Shown piece after piece: positions 12,745-25,444 of a stretch of 64,000 nt of DNA. The notes beneath the pieces were generated by a model, which was not told the DNA's origin, did not search any database, and worked only from the letters and a program-made list of their open reading frames with translations. Location of the stretch: the NCBI RefSeq assembly GCF_044704955.1, contig NC_091997.1:19034001-19098000 (forward strand), read 5' to 3'. Every line of letters starts with the position of its first letter. Position 1 is the stretch's first letter. The position numbers were made by a program, and so were the translations under genes. Source of the DNA: Pristiophorus japonicus. Taxonomy: Eukaryota.

Positions 12745-13712
12745 ATTACACGTGCAATTTTCCCCGAATGCTTTAGGTTCCAAAGGGTCTTAAGCTGAAA
12801 CGCTGGATAGCTTGCGTTTAGTGCAAGACGCCATCTTGGTAAAGGAGTTGAAGCTTGCACTAAGAACGGCCATCCAGAGGATAGTTGAGGATCTGATTGC
12901 CACTCAAATTGTTGGCCAGCGCTCATTAAGGAAGCTGCACAGCATTTTGGTGGCTAGCATTTGAACTAATGCCCTCTCCTAACAGTGGCCAGCTGATTGG
13001 GAGCAAAGAAGTCGTTGCTAAGGATTTCGAGCACGACATAAAGGTATATCACCTTTTACTGTTCACTTGCTGTTGGAGGTTTGAAGAGAACTTTTGAATC
13101 GGAAGACTTTCTGGGACACTTTGTCAAGACTTCACCAATACTCCAACATTTATTCCGAAAATTCTCTGAGGACGTCACCTAAGAAGAGTGAGTGCTGTGC
13201 TACTCTACCTTATAGGAATAACCTGGAGAAAGGAAAGGCTTGGTCATAGGTATCTTGCTAGGGATCTCCCTTGGTCTGCAGGAGGAATGGGAGGAGGACA
13301 TGAGGCCAGGCAGAGCAGCACCAGCTGCTGCAGGAGAGAGGGACAGGAGGAGGAGGTGGTCTCCCTCCCCCCACCTTGCGGGTACAGGACCTCCCTCTTC
13401 CTCTGGACCTCCTCCACCAGGACCTCCAGTGCCACGTCCGAGAACCTATGCACCCTCTCGCTCGGTCCCTGAGCCATCCTGAAAAATGCCGCTGTGTATC
13501 AGCCAGCCCATTCCATACCTTCAGTGGCACTGGGTTTGTGGAGCCCACTCGAAAAATGTGTCTAAACCTGCAGGTGTCTGCTTTATTACCAAATTATGGT
13601 CATCAACAATTGGGACCAAAATCGTGTGCTAAAACCAGACTTTCAAACAAGTGTTTCTTATTAGCACAGCACCCAATTAGTGCCTGTTTTGGCCCTTTCC
13701 CCAAAATAACCC
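12745..13712. mobile_element. Internally deleted Harbinger-type DNA transposon retaining the 5' part of its Myb/SANT-like gene (minus strand, 13244-13477)
   Basis: ERVHRFSDVALEVLVEEVQRKREVLYP matches the Myb/SANT-like N-terminus in the larger Harbinger at ~35460-35542. Confidence 0.65.
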
Positions 13713-13818
13713 CCTGCACCTCCAACAAGGCAAGAGCATTTAGAATGTTCGCAAAGCATGGCTCCTTCAACAATGCAGCATTCTCTCAGTACTGCACTGA
13801 AGTGTGAAGCTAGATTAT

Positions 13819-14419
13819 AGGCTAGTAATTCGCTATCGCCCGCTTTGAGGTGGTAACCGCACCGGGGCATTACCTTTAGCGCCGGGCGATGTCTACCGCC
13901 TTAAAGTGCGACATTCAGTTGTATCTCCCCAAGAGGAGAGTGGAGCACTGAGAGAAGCATTGCACACTCCTCTTTGGGCACTAACGGAGTGATAGCGCAG
14001 GAGGCCGACTCAGAAGATGAAATGAATCTTGGTGAAAATGTCAATAAACTTCACCCACAATTCCCCACTACTGCAAAAATAAATGGAGGTTTAAAAACTG
14101 AAATTTCAGCACTTACCTTGCACTCCAGGTGATATCGCCCCGGCATCGTTGCTGGACCGACTGCTTTCCCCGGCCGGTGTCAGTGCCAGGTGCTACCAGT
14201 AAATTTAGCAAATGGGGACAATGGAGACATTGCACATTCAATGATGTCACTGAGTGGGCGGTACTAGCGAGCACATCAAAAACTGTCAGCGCCACTGCTA
14301 AACCGTCACTGAGGTTCGTGGCAGGAGCTGACAGCATGGCGCTTGGGCGGTGTTTCGCGGCCCCTTAGCGCCCCTCTCTGGCGCCAATGGTGGCACCAAA
14401 CAACTGAATATCTCCCCCA
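13819..14419. mobile_element. GC-rich MITE (Harbinger-type non-autonomous element)
   Basis: Degenerate GG..AATT-type termini, CpG-rich body, inserted within a SINE. Confidence 0.55.
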
Positions 14420-14444
14420 ATGTATTCAAGTAGCTGGAATAGGA

Positions 14445-15574
14445 TGTTGTACATGATGTTCACAGGACTCAACAAAACCCCAAACCAGTTGGGTCTAGGT
14501 CATTCACGATGAGGTATGCAGTTGTGAGCCTAGTGGATAAACTGGTAATGTATTGTGTGATTGTTAAACCTTTGTTCGTAAACCAACTAGAAACATAGAA
14601 ACATATAAAATAGGTGCAGGAGTAGACCATTCGGTCCTTCGAGCCTGAACCATCATTCAATGTGATCATGGCTGATCATGCAACCTCAGTACCCCATTCC
14701 TGCTTTCTCTCATTACCCCTTGATCCCGTTAGCCGTAAGGGCCACATCTAACTCCCTTTTGAATGTATCTAACAAACTGGCCTCAACAACTTTCTGTGGT
14801 AGAGAATTCCACAGGTTCACAATTCTCTGAGTGAAGAAGTTTCTCCTCATCTCGGTCCTAAATGGCTTACCCCTTACCCTTAGACTGTGACCCCTGGTTC
14901 TGGACTTCCCCAACATCGGGAACATTCTTCCTGCATCTAACCTGTCCAATCCCGTCTGAATTTTATATGTTTCTATTGAGATCCCCTCTGATTCTTCTAA
15001 ATTCCAGTGAATATAAGCCTAGTCGATCCAGTCTTTCTTTATATGTCAGTCCTGCCATCCCAGGAATCAGTCTGATGAACCTTCACTGCACTCCCTCGAG
15101 CAAGAATGTCCTTCCTCAGATTAGGAGACCAAAACTGTACACAATATTCAAAGTGTGGCCTCACCAAGGCCCTGTACAACTGCAGTAAGACTTCCCTGCT
15201 CCTTAACTCAAATCCTCTCGCTATGAAGGCCAATATGCCATTTGCCTTCTTCACCGCCTGCTGTACCTGCGTGCCAACTTTCAATGACTGATGAACCATG
15301 ACACCCAGGTCTCGTTGCACCTCCCTTTTTCCTAATCTGTCACCATTCAGTTAATATTCTGTCTTCCTGTTTTTGCCACCAAAGTGGATAACCTCACATT
15401 TATCTACATTATACTGTATCTGCCATGCATTTGCCCACTCACCTAACCTGTCCAAGTCACCCTGCAGCCTCTTAGCATCCTCCTCACAGCTCACACTGCC
15501 ACCCAACTAGTTCTTAATAGTAATGCGTTGCGATGAATTCTTATGCAAAGAACCCATGAAACAAATACATTACA
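14445..15574 (+). mobile_element. Solo LTR (same family as 10887-11154) interrupted by a minus-strand CR1 3' fragment (~14591-15502)
   Basis: Shares gtgattgttaaacc...aaccaactagttcttaatag...aaatacattaca with the first solo LTR; CCAACTAG is duplicated either side of the CR1. Confidence 0.8.
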
Positions 15575-15757
15575 AGTATGAACCCACAACCTTCTGACGA
15601 AGTAAGTATTACAGCTGCAGCATCGAGAATCCGGAGGTCCGGAATCTGGAATGATCCGGAATTCGGACTCCGGCAGGTTCGTCCAGAATCGGTAAAATGT
15701 TCTGGAATCCGGACCTGACGACCCTGCCGACCTTGGAGCCCCACCACTGCCCGACCT

Positions 15758-17275
15758 TAGTGGGAAAGCAGGTTGTGTAGAGGACACAGAGAGGCTGCAA
15801 AGAGATTTAGATAGGTTAAGCGAATGGGCTAAGGTCTGGCAGATGGAATACAATGTCGGAAAGTGTGAGGTCATCCACCTTGGGGAACAAAAACAAAAAA
15901 AGGGAATACTATTTGAATGGAGAGAAATTACAATATGCTGTGGTGCAGAGGGACCTGGGGGTCCTTGTGCATGAAACTCTTTTAGAGTTTATCTGTAAAA
16001 CAAAACATTAACCCATGCCACCCGACCTGGATGACACACCAGACATTTACAAGGCCCTTTTTTTTTTCCTTTTTTTTTGTGTTTTTCTTTTTTTGGTTTT
16101 TTTTTTGGGCACTAAAATCACATTTTTTCCCCAGTGCCCCCTATAAAAGGGAAGGGGGACACTAAAAGCACCGGCAATTAAAACAAATTAAACTTTAAAA
16201 CGTAAAATCAAATTAAAATTTGGTTGCCGGGCGTGATGATGCACTCCAGTCCCTCCGGTGCCCACCTCTCGCGGAAGGCCGCGAGCGTACCAGTGGACAC
16301 CGCGTGCTCCATCTCCAAGGACACCCCGGACCGGATGTAAGAGCGGAAGAGAGGCAGGCAGTCAGGATGAACGACCCCCTCGACCGCCCGCTGCCTGGAC
16401 CGGCTGATGGCACCCTTGGCCGTGCACAGGAGCAGTCCTACGAGGAGGCCTTCGGACCTACCCGCTCCCCTCCGCACAGAGTGCCCAAAGATCAGGAGAG
16501 TGGGACTGAAGTGCAGCCAGAATTTCAGGAGCAGCCCCTTCAAATAATGGAACCCTTGTGCATGAATCCCAAAAAGTTAGTTTGCAGGTGCAGCAGGTAA
16601 TCAGGAAGGCGAATGGAATGTTGGCCTTCATTGCGAGAGGGATGGAGTACAAAAGCAGGGAGGTCCTGCTGCAACTGTATAGGGTATTGGTGAGGCCGCA
16701 CCTGGAGTACTGCGTGCAGTTTTGGTCACCTTACTTAAGGAAGGATATACTGGCTTTGGAGGGGGTACAGAGACGATTCACTCGGCTGATTCCGGAGATG
16801 AGGGGGTTACCTTATGATGATAGATTGAGTAGACTGGGTCTTTACTCGTTGGAGTTCAGAAGGATGAGGGGTGATCTTATAGAAACATTTAAAATAATGA
16901 AAGGGATAGACAAGATAGAGGCAGAGAGGTTGTTTCCACTGGTCAGGGAGACTAGAACTAGGGGGCACAGCCTCAAAATACAGGGGAGCCAATTTAAAAC
17001 CGAGTTGAGAAGGAATTTCTTCTCCCAGAGGGTTGTGAATCTGTGGAATTCTCTGCCCAAGGAAGCAGTTGAGGCTAGCTCATTGAATGTATTCAAGTCA
17101 CAGATAGATAGATTTTTAACCAATAAGGGAATTAAGGGTTATGGGGAGCGGGCGGGTAAGTGGAGCTGAGTCCACGGCCAGATCAGCCATGATCTTGTTG
17201 AATGGAGGAGCAGGCTCGAGGGGCTAGATGGCCTACTCCTGTTCCTAATTCTTATGTTCTTATGTTCTTATGTTC
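15758..17275 (+). mobile_element. Young CR1 3' fragment (RT C-terminus open over ORF 16558..17169)
   Basis: [14 protein letters not shown] and RNFFSQRVVNLWNSLP motifs; (TTCTTATG)n tail. Confidence 0.9.
15976..16553 (-). mobile_element. Tx1/L1-clade LINE 3' fragment inserted in CR1
   Basis: ORF2 end LLVGLLLCTAKGAI..SR..LFRSYIRSGVSLE..AFRERWAP; 13-bp TSD CCTTGTGCATGAA (15963-15975 and 16554-16566). Confidence 0.85.
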
Positions 17276-17975
17276 TAACCTCGCCGCTGTTTGCCTCGCC
17301 CCATTTGCCTCACCGCCGCTGCCCTAAACTCGGGGCCTCCTTGGCGAGGCCCGCCTGAACACCTTCTCGGTGGGGTCCTGCCCAACAAAGCCCTCCTTGG
17401 CGGGGCCCCACACCACGGCATTCTCGGCGGGTCCGGATGGCCCGAACAACTCCTCGGCAGGAATCGCCCCCCCACCCCTCCGGCCTTTCTGACGTTCCGA
17501 CATCCGGAAATACCCGAACCTGGGCTCGTGTGTTTCCCGATTCGTGATGTCAGAAACAAATCGAAAGTCCGGAAAAGCCTGGAATCCGGAGCAGCCTATG
17601 TCCCGAGGGTTCCAGATTTTAGCTGCTGCACCTGTATCACTGAGCCAATCTGACATTAATTACCAATACCAATCAGCTCTAAGTTAACCGTCTCGCTCAT
17701 AAAGGTCACAATAATCATTCGTGTGAAAAATGTAAATGTCAGCCTGGTTTGGAAGAGGATGCTCTCTGAGGTTAGCATTAAGATGCATTGCTGGGGCCGT
17801 GTAGCCGACACTTCATATCATTGGAGGCATTCTGTACCTGATCTCGGAGTGTTGTATCCTGAATGCAAAAAATGACAACGTTCAAATTCTCAGCACAAAA
17901 TCCACCCAACCAACTGTACTTTCAAAATGAACCATTAGAATGGTGATATAAACATGGTTAGTCCTCGGGTCCCAT

Positions 17976-18584
17976 TGGTCTTTTGCCTCCCCTATTAGCA
18001 CCCTGGAGGGGCAGCAATGGCGGCGGTAAGCACTTGGGGACGGCCAGCTTCCAGCGCCCAGCCGGGATATTTGGTGAGCCGGTGTGCAATGCCCCTGGTT
18101 GTGACGCCAGCTCAATTTTTGGCTGCCGCCCAATCTGTAGCGTTCTGTCGGGCGTTGTACTGGGACCGCCTGTGAAAGCTGGTGGTCCGAGCTGTAGCGG
18201 CCGCAATGAGGTAAGTAATGTCGACTTCAGGTAAGTGTGATTGTTTTTTTTTTTGCGATTTATGTTGTGGTGGCGTGAGTTATTTATTGGGAATGTTTTT
18301 GGTGGGTTTTTTTTCAGGTTTTTTCTCCCCCCCCCCCCCCCCCCCCTGCCCCCTAGGCCTCTCTCAGGTCGCTTTGAGGCCGGCTGTTTAGCTCAGGATT
18401 TTCACTTGCTCAGCCGGCCTAGTGATCTGAGCGAGGTGTGCAACGCCTCCCTTAGCGCCCCGCCCCACACTCAGGGCCCAGCTGACGAATTTTGCTGACT
18501 GAGGCGCAAACTGTCTCCGGGCGCAAACTTTACCGCCCCGCCGCCATTACCGCCCCGAAATTAGCAGAATTGAAAATCCAGCCC
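17976..18584. mobile_element. GC-rich Harbinger-type MITE, family A
   Basis: Right terminus GAAAATCCAGCCC; homologous in inverted orientation to 19043-19691. Confidence 0.7.
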
Positions 18585-19042
18585 ACACCTCTTGGGTCTA
18601 GCCCATGAAACTTAAATTTATTAATCGCCTTCTGCTAGCGGCTTCTAGGTGTGTTGCAGTCAATTAGGTCCACAATATGTGGGAGGTTGCTCACTCAGAC
18701 AGGATTTCATATTCCCTGATGGCACAGCAGAAGCTTGGAAAAACCTGGATAAATGTCTGACAATTTTATGGAGATTTAAAGATTCTCAGTAGTAGGATTA
18801 AATTATGGGATCACCAATCTTCTTTTGATGTACTGTATATTTAACCAGGTTAAATGACAGTTGGATGACATCTTAAAGGTGATTGTATAAGAACATAAGA
18901 AATAGGAGCAGGAGTAGGCCTCGGGCCTGCTCCGCCATTCAATAAGATCATGGCTGATCTTCAAACTCAACTCCACTTTCCCGCCCTATCCCCATATCTT
19001 GTCACTTTGATCTCACCTTGAGTTTGCTACTTCGAACCCATA

Positions 19043-19691
19043 GGGGAAGAAATTCAGTCGCACCTCAGTTGGGACGATGTCCCGGGCGGAGCAGTAAATT
19101 TTGTGCCAGCAAATGGTTTGCGTCGGCTGCCGCAAAATTCACCAGCTGGGCCCTGAGTGTGGGGCGGAGCATTAAGGGAGGCGTTGCATGCCTCTTTTAA
19201 AGGAGCTAGGCCAGCTGAGCAAGTGAAAATCCCGAGCTAAACAGCCGACCTCGGAGTGACCCAAGGGGCCTCGGGGGGGCAAACAAATCTGAAAAAACTC
19301 ACCAAAAACAATCCCAATAAATAACTCGTGCCACCACAACATAAATAGCAAAAAAAAAAAGAAATTAATCACACTTAACTCAGATCGACATTACTTCCCT
19401 CACTGCAGCCGCTATAGCTTGGACCGCCAGCTTCCACGGGCGATCCCACTAGGGCGCGCTACTGAGCGCTACGGGTCGGGCGTGATCCAAATATCGAGCC
19501 GTTGTCACAACCAGGGGCTTTGCACACCAGCTCGCCTCTTCCGGGCGGTAATGCTCCGCGCCCCCACAAACCAGCAACGAATGTTCCTGCGGGGCACTGG
19601 AAACTGGCCGCCCACCCGTAAATTCTTACCGACACCATTACTGCTTCTCCGGGGCGCTAACAGGGGCGGCAGAAGACCAAAAATCCTGCCC
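19043..19691. mobile_element. GC-rich Harbinger-type MITE, family A
   Basis: GGGGAAGAAATT...AAAATCCTGCCC termini, flanked by TA on both sides. Confidence 0.75.
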
Positions 19692-20713
19692 TATTATAAA
19701 GGTTTCTCTGTGATAAATGTTAACTTCTCGCATTCTCATAACTACCTTACTTACAATTACAAACTGTATATTGTGACTTTATCTTGTTTTTCAATGAAAT
19801 CAAGTAATGTAGAAAAAGTCAATGCTTTGTGCTAACATTAAGGTGTGACTTTGAAGGCTGAAACTCAACAAGTTTTACCAGTTTACCTGAATTGCAAAAC
19901 CACTTATTGAGTGACGTGAACAGCCAGTCTGGTTTGTGAATAAGGTGCCTGGAAATTTCTAAAAAGTAAACCAGACATCAGAAGGTCTGGTTTATAAAAG
20001 TCTGGGGTTTTTTTTGTCTCTGGGGCGAGATTTCCTTTACTATCCCACATAAAATCAGGCATTGAGGCCTACTGCCACCTCAGCACAATTTCACTCCTAT
20101 CGGGACTGCCACTGGCCAACTCTTTTCCATCCGCAGCATGCAAATAGTGGGAAGTGGCAGAGTCTGGATCCCTGACAGATTTCCCTAATAACCGACCCTG
20201 TAACCACCACTTCTTCAGGGAATTCTGGAAGATGGCAGCAGGCCCTAGGAAGTGGTGCTAATGGCTCTGAGATCCCCCAATGGAGGGAGAAAGCCTTGTC
20301 GGGCCTCCTCTCCTCTACTCTGGCCCACACAAGCCTACCTGTATAGGTCTCGGCCTTTGCCCATTCCCTAATCTTCAGGGCTCTTCAGCCCCTTTAAATG
20401 CCCAGAAGCCTCTTCTGGTGCTTCAGCGGCAATCCCATTGCAGAACCACTGAGACATTGCAGGCCCCCCCCCCCCCCGCCCCCGAACAATCCCTTTGGCA
20501 GCCGGAGTCGGCCAGGTCTGGGTGATGAACCCTGACCTAGTTTGATGCTGCCATTCAGTAGCTATATTTTTGATTCATCTACACCTGAAAATAAGGAGAC
20601 AAACCTGTTCTTTATCTAACTTTTAGAATTGTTACTCTACTTCCTCATATGTCACCTCCTTGATCTGCCTTGAAGCCCACTTGACTCCTATGTCGATCAT
20701 AGAATCATAAAAA

Positions 20714-21333
20714 GGGCTGGGTATTCGGCTCTCATGTTTTTGGAGCGCTAAAGTTTGTGCCCAGGAACAGTTTGCGCATCAGTAAGTAAAATTGGGCAGC
20801 TGGGCCCTGAATCATGGGGCACAGCGCTAAAGGAAGCGTTGTACACCTCTCTTGGATGCTGGCATGGGAAAGTCCCAAGCTAAAGAGCCGGGTTGGGAAC
20901 GCTCTGGGGGGAGAAAAAAAAAACTAAAAACAAGCAACAAAACATTTCCAAAACATTGCCCATGCCACCACAAAACAAATCACAAAAAAAAAATTAAACA
21001 TAAAACAATCACACTTACCTTAGGAGCCCATTACCTACCTCTCCGTTGTCGGTATCGTTGGACCGCCTGATTCTCCAGGCGTTCACTGCGGGCTGCGCCT
21101 CGGGGTGTAAGGGTCGGGCAAGAGTTAAAACTCGCGCCAGTGCTCGCCTTCAAGGGGCGTTGTACACCGGGTGCAGCTCTTCCGGTCAGTGCTGCTCCGC
21201 ATCGCAGCAAAACCGGACCCGAAGATCGCCGTGGGACGCTGGAGTCCGACCGCCCGGCTAGGACAGCTCACCGCCTCCATTGCCTCCGCACCGGGGCGAA
21301 AAACAGAGCGGCGTGGAGCTGAAAATCCGCCCC
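20714..21333. mobile_element. GC-rich Harbinger-type MITE, family A, inserted in the tail of a minus-strand CR1 fragment (to ~21695)
   Basis: GGGCTGGGTATT...AAAATCCGCCCC termini; collinear with 19043-19691; flanked by atagaatc-type tail repeats. Confidence 0.7.
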
Positions 21334-22616
21334 ATAGAATTATAGAATAGCTACAGCAGGGAAGAAGGCCATTCGGCCCATTGAATCTGTGCCAGCTCTC
21401 TGCAAGAGCACTTCGGCTCATCCCACTCCCCTCCCGTTCTCCATAGCCCTGCAATTTCTTTTCCTTCAGTCATTTATCCAGTTCCCTTTTGAAAGCCATG
21501 ATTGAATCTGCCTCCACCACCTTTTCAGGAAGTGTATTCCAGATCCTCACCACTCGCTGCGTTAAAAAGTTTTTCCTTACGTCGCCTTTTGTTCTTTTTC
21601 CAATCATCTTAAATCTGTGTCCTCTGGTTCTCCACCCTTCTGCCAATGGGAACAATTTCTCTCTATCTACTCTGTCCAGACCCCCCATGATCCTCATTGG
21701 ACCCCTCCTTCCTTCAGGTAACATCCCCTCCCCCGCCACACAGGCACTGATCAATACCCGAACCTCACAGGGCACTAATCAATACCCAGGCCACACAGGG
21801 TAAAAAAGATTTCAAGTTCAAATTTCATTGTTCAAGTAAACAGTTTAAAGAGCTAGGAATTATAATATTATCATTTTTGTTCAAGATATTTTATTTCCCA
21901 ATGATATGCAGTGAAATTAATGTCAATAACATTCCTGGTTAGACCTGTGATACAATTGCACCTCCAGTAAAATCAAATGATTTTAGCACATTATCAGTTG
22001 TGATGTCATCTACCACACTCAATAAAAAATAACTTGTTTCCTCAGTCCATTTTTATGAAAATACGAAAAGACTCTCAGGCCATTAATACTCACCCTACCC
22101 ATTCGGCAGTTCAATCTCCCAAACTATAGACCTGGAAAAGACAAAAAATAGGGAGAAAAATTGTAGCCGTCTTCTGGAAAAACTCTGGGAAATTCCTCCC
22201 TAAATTCTGAGGGACTCATGATGTAGCAGTAGATGAACTTATCTGACTCCCACACTCCTGAAATGTTGCAATTTTCTATTCATTCAAGAACTTAAGTCCC
22301 TTCTTAAAAGACTTACCACATCCCACAGGCTCTGCATGTGTGCCTCACAAAGAATAGTATAAGATCAAGTGTTTTTCAAGGTGCAGCACAGCTCTGTGTT
22401 TTACATAAACCACAACAACAAAGCTTTCACAACCCCTCTCTGTGTTACCACTTTGTAACACACTTCACCCTGTGTGCTATCTTACACATAGCAAACTGTT
22501 TCAATAGGAAATCTGTGTTTTTCAAATGCCATAACCACATTATTCTGTGTTTTTTAAAAAATTATAAGCAGTAGCCATTTACTCATAAAAGTCCTCTGTT
22601 ACATGTTTTACTATTT

Positions 22617-23295
22617 TGGGGCTAATGTTAACCCCTAAAAGCAGGTGGGTTTGGGTCGGGTGAGAAGTTAAAATGTTAAAAATTTCAAATCCGATCCCAA
22701 CCCGCCTTGAACCCGCTCACTTCGATTTTAACGGAGACGGGACATGGGCGACTAATCCACTCTCAGGAGGTCACTGAAAACTGCGTGCCTCCATTTCAAC
22801 AAGATTTCTATTTATACCTGCTGCTGGCCGGATTTCCCTGTCCTCAGGAAACCTGGCAGGTAAATGGAAGCATGAAGGGCTGGATCCATAAGGGTAAGTG
22901 TCTTTACAGCATAGCTGCTGGGCCAGGAGGAGCAGGAGTGTTTCTTCCAGGCCCAGCCAAGCTTACCCTGTAAACCCCTCCATACGATCTGTCTCACCCA
23001 CCCACTACGATCATCGGACCTCCCATCTCCCCCTCGCGATTTCCCCCACCCCCCCGCCGCCCGCCCCCCTCCCGTGATCTGTCATTTTCCTCGACCATGC
23101 CGACTGCCCACCAACCACACTCTACCCAGCGCCGCCCCCCACCACCATTAGACCTACCTGCTCCTGAACTGCGAGCCTTCCCCACTTGACAGGCAGCCAG
23201 GCTGTTATAAAGATGTGGGATTAGAAATTTCCCTTGGGCAGAAGTGCTTGGCAGTAGTGAGCAAATCGTCCGCCTGCTTCATATTCATTTCTACC
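22617..23295. mobile_element. Degenerate GC-rich MITE
   Basis: GGGGCT.. start, C-rich core, internal donor-like agggtaagtg. Same architecture as the other MITEs. Confidence 0.45.
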
Positions 23296-23324
23296 GAAGT
23301 CAACAGAATTGCATATTCAGGGAT

Positions 23325-23755
23325 ATGATGGCATAGTGGTGATGTTACTGGACTAGTAATCCAGAGGCCTAGAGTAATAATCTGTAGAAGTGAGTTCAAA
23401 TCCTACCATAGCAGCTGGGGAATTTAAATTCAGTTGATTAAATAAAGTCTGGAACTTTTTTTAAAAAGCTAGTATCAACAATGGTGACCATGAAACTACT
23501 GGATTGTTGTAAAAACCCATCTAGTCCACTAATGTCCTTTAGGGAAGAAATCGGTCATCCTTACCCAGTCTGGCCTACATGTGACTCCAGACTCTGAAAT
23601 GGCCACTCAGTTGTACCAAACCGCTACAAAGAAGTATCACGGACTGCAGCGATTCAAGAAGCTGGCTCACCATCACCAAGGGCAATCAGGGATGGGCAAT
23701 AAATGCTGGACACGCCAGCGATGGCCACATCCTGTGAACTAATATATATTTTTTT
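23325..23755 (+). mobile_element. tRNA-derived SINE (HE1-like)
   Basis: A/B-box head ggcatagtgg...gagttcaaatcc; tail gggatgggcaataaatgctgg...cacatcctgtgaac. Confidence 0.75.
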
Positions 23756-24499
23756 AAAAGGGTATAATGGGCAGCAGATACGATACCGCTGTTTTACGCT
23801 GCCGTGAATTCCTTCCCCAGCGAGTCGAGAACATTGCATTTTCCTAACCAATGGGAAGACACTGCTTTTCCTCTGTGCAATTCATTCAGGGCATAATAAA
23901 AGAAAGACTTGCATTTATATAGCGCCATTCACGACCACTCAAAGTGCTTTACAGCCAATGGAGTACTTTCGGAGTGTCGTCACTGTTGTAACAACACAGT
24001 CCTTGGTGTCTCCTCTATGACTGTACATTTTCCAGAGAATTTTGGTTTATTGTATGAACCAAGTTCCTTGTAAACTTATGGCACAGTTGCAAACCCAGAT
24101 ACCACAACGCTATTCAATGCACAACATATTGCAGGGAAGACTAAGGAACCAGGTGGTGGACACCTGAACAGAGAGGTCGGAGGCCTGTCCGAAATTGAGC
24201 CCTGAGACTCATCTACATATTTGGGATGAGCTGGCTGGGCTCCCCTCCAAAGACAGTTCGCCCCACAAGAAAGATGAATTTCAAGCTACCCACAACAGCC
24301 CACAGGTCATTTTCTGGAGGGAGGTCGGTTTGGGCTGCGGAAGAATCCGAAGCAAGGCAGGACCATCGCCTGTCCCACTCATCATGGACTCATTTCCCAA
24401 AGGGGTCCTTTAACAGGCGTTTGACCGCACGAATTTGGCAGTGGGACCAACACGTGCGCAGATCAGCTACAGTGTGTCCCACTGCTGAAGTGAGATGCT

Positions 24500-24692
24500 T
24501 TTTCTTTATTCATTCATGGGATGTGGGCGTCGCTGGCAAGGCCGGCATTTATTGCTCATCCCTAATTGCCCTTGAGAAGGTGCTGGTGAACCGCCTTCTT
24601 GAACCGTTGCAGTCTGTGTGATGAAGGTACTCCCACAGTGTTAGGGAGGGAGTTCCAGCGACGATGAAGGAACAGCAATATATTTCCAAGTC
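24500..24692 (-). mobile_element. 3' tail fragment of an HE1-like SINE or its partner LINE
   Basis: tttattcattcatgggatgtgggcgtcgctggcaaggccggcatttattg. Confidence 0.7.
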
Positions 24693-25444
24693 ACCTGGTT
24701 ATGCCCAAAAATGAATGCACTGCATACCAATGTCTACTCCTGTGTGCCCCAGTGGTGAAAACTTATAGGGTCGATTTTGGATTCAACTGGTGCAAAATTA
24801 TATACATTTTCCAATAAAACAATCAGCCATTAACCCCAATTCTGTTGACTATATAAGATAAACAAGAAAGCTACAATACATTCAAAATTCAGGGCAGTTA
24901 ATATGGACCCACTTTTATGCCCGACAACACAGCAGTGGCACCAGAGGGCGGAAAATGATGAATTAACGCTTTATTGAGAAACAGATCTTTATCTACATAA
25001 AAGGTATGCTCTGACAGCCAAGCTGATATGGTAAATGGAAGGTCAGAGAAGTCAGAAGTAATAATAGATTGCGATAGCTGTTGAATGCAGATCCATTGTA
25101 GCCTCCCTGGTAGATTTTATTGTGTGTAGTGGTTAGATATATGACATCCTGGTATTTGATGATCTCTCATTATACTAACACTGTCAATGTTGACAGCTTC
25201 AGATTTACTTCACAGATGAGCCATTGTGGCTGTGAAATGACATTTGTGGACTTTTGTGCTTTGAAGAATAATGTTTAAGAAGACTGGACCATGGTGGCAA
25301 ACTAGTTTCCTTTGAAAACAACCCTCTCCGTTTTCCTTATCTGTTGTCTGTAAAGCTAATTAACTTATTTAAAATGTCTTCATAGACAATGGCAACCAAA
25401 ATATTATTTTTTATGGAAATATCATTATTGTAAATTAATAACTA

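Larger units (their letters stand above)
12445..15600 (-). mobile_element. Deu-domain tRNA-derived SINE (SacSINE/AmnSINE-like) broken by several nested insertions
   Basis: Pieces ~12445-12720, ~13715-13818, ~14420-14444 and ~15575-15600 are collinear with the intact copy at 26610-27045. Confidence 0.65.
15612..17634. mobile_element. Tc1/mariner(pogo)-type MITE with TA TSD, containing nested CR1 and Tx1 fragments
   Basis: TA-CAGCTGCAGCATCGAGAATCCGGA ... TCCAGATTTTAGCTGCTGCACCTG-TA imperfect TIRs; many subterminal TCCGGA motifs. Confidence 0.75.

Noticed and set aside
15625-15715. Repeated TCCGGA palindromes resembling a CRISPR or operator array
   Set aside because: Subterminal repeats of a Tc1/mariner-type MITE; no constant repeat with unique spacers; eukaryotic context.
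20560-20605. Strong minus-strand acceptor gtttgtctccttattttcag|
   Set aside because: All three frames stop within a few codons and no donor follows.
23325-23410. tRNA gene
   Set aside because: A/B boxes belong to a SINE head that continues into SINE body; no cloverleaf evident.
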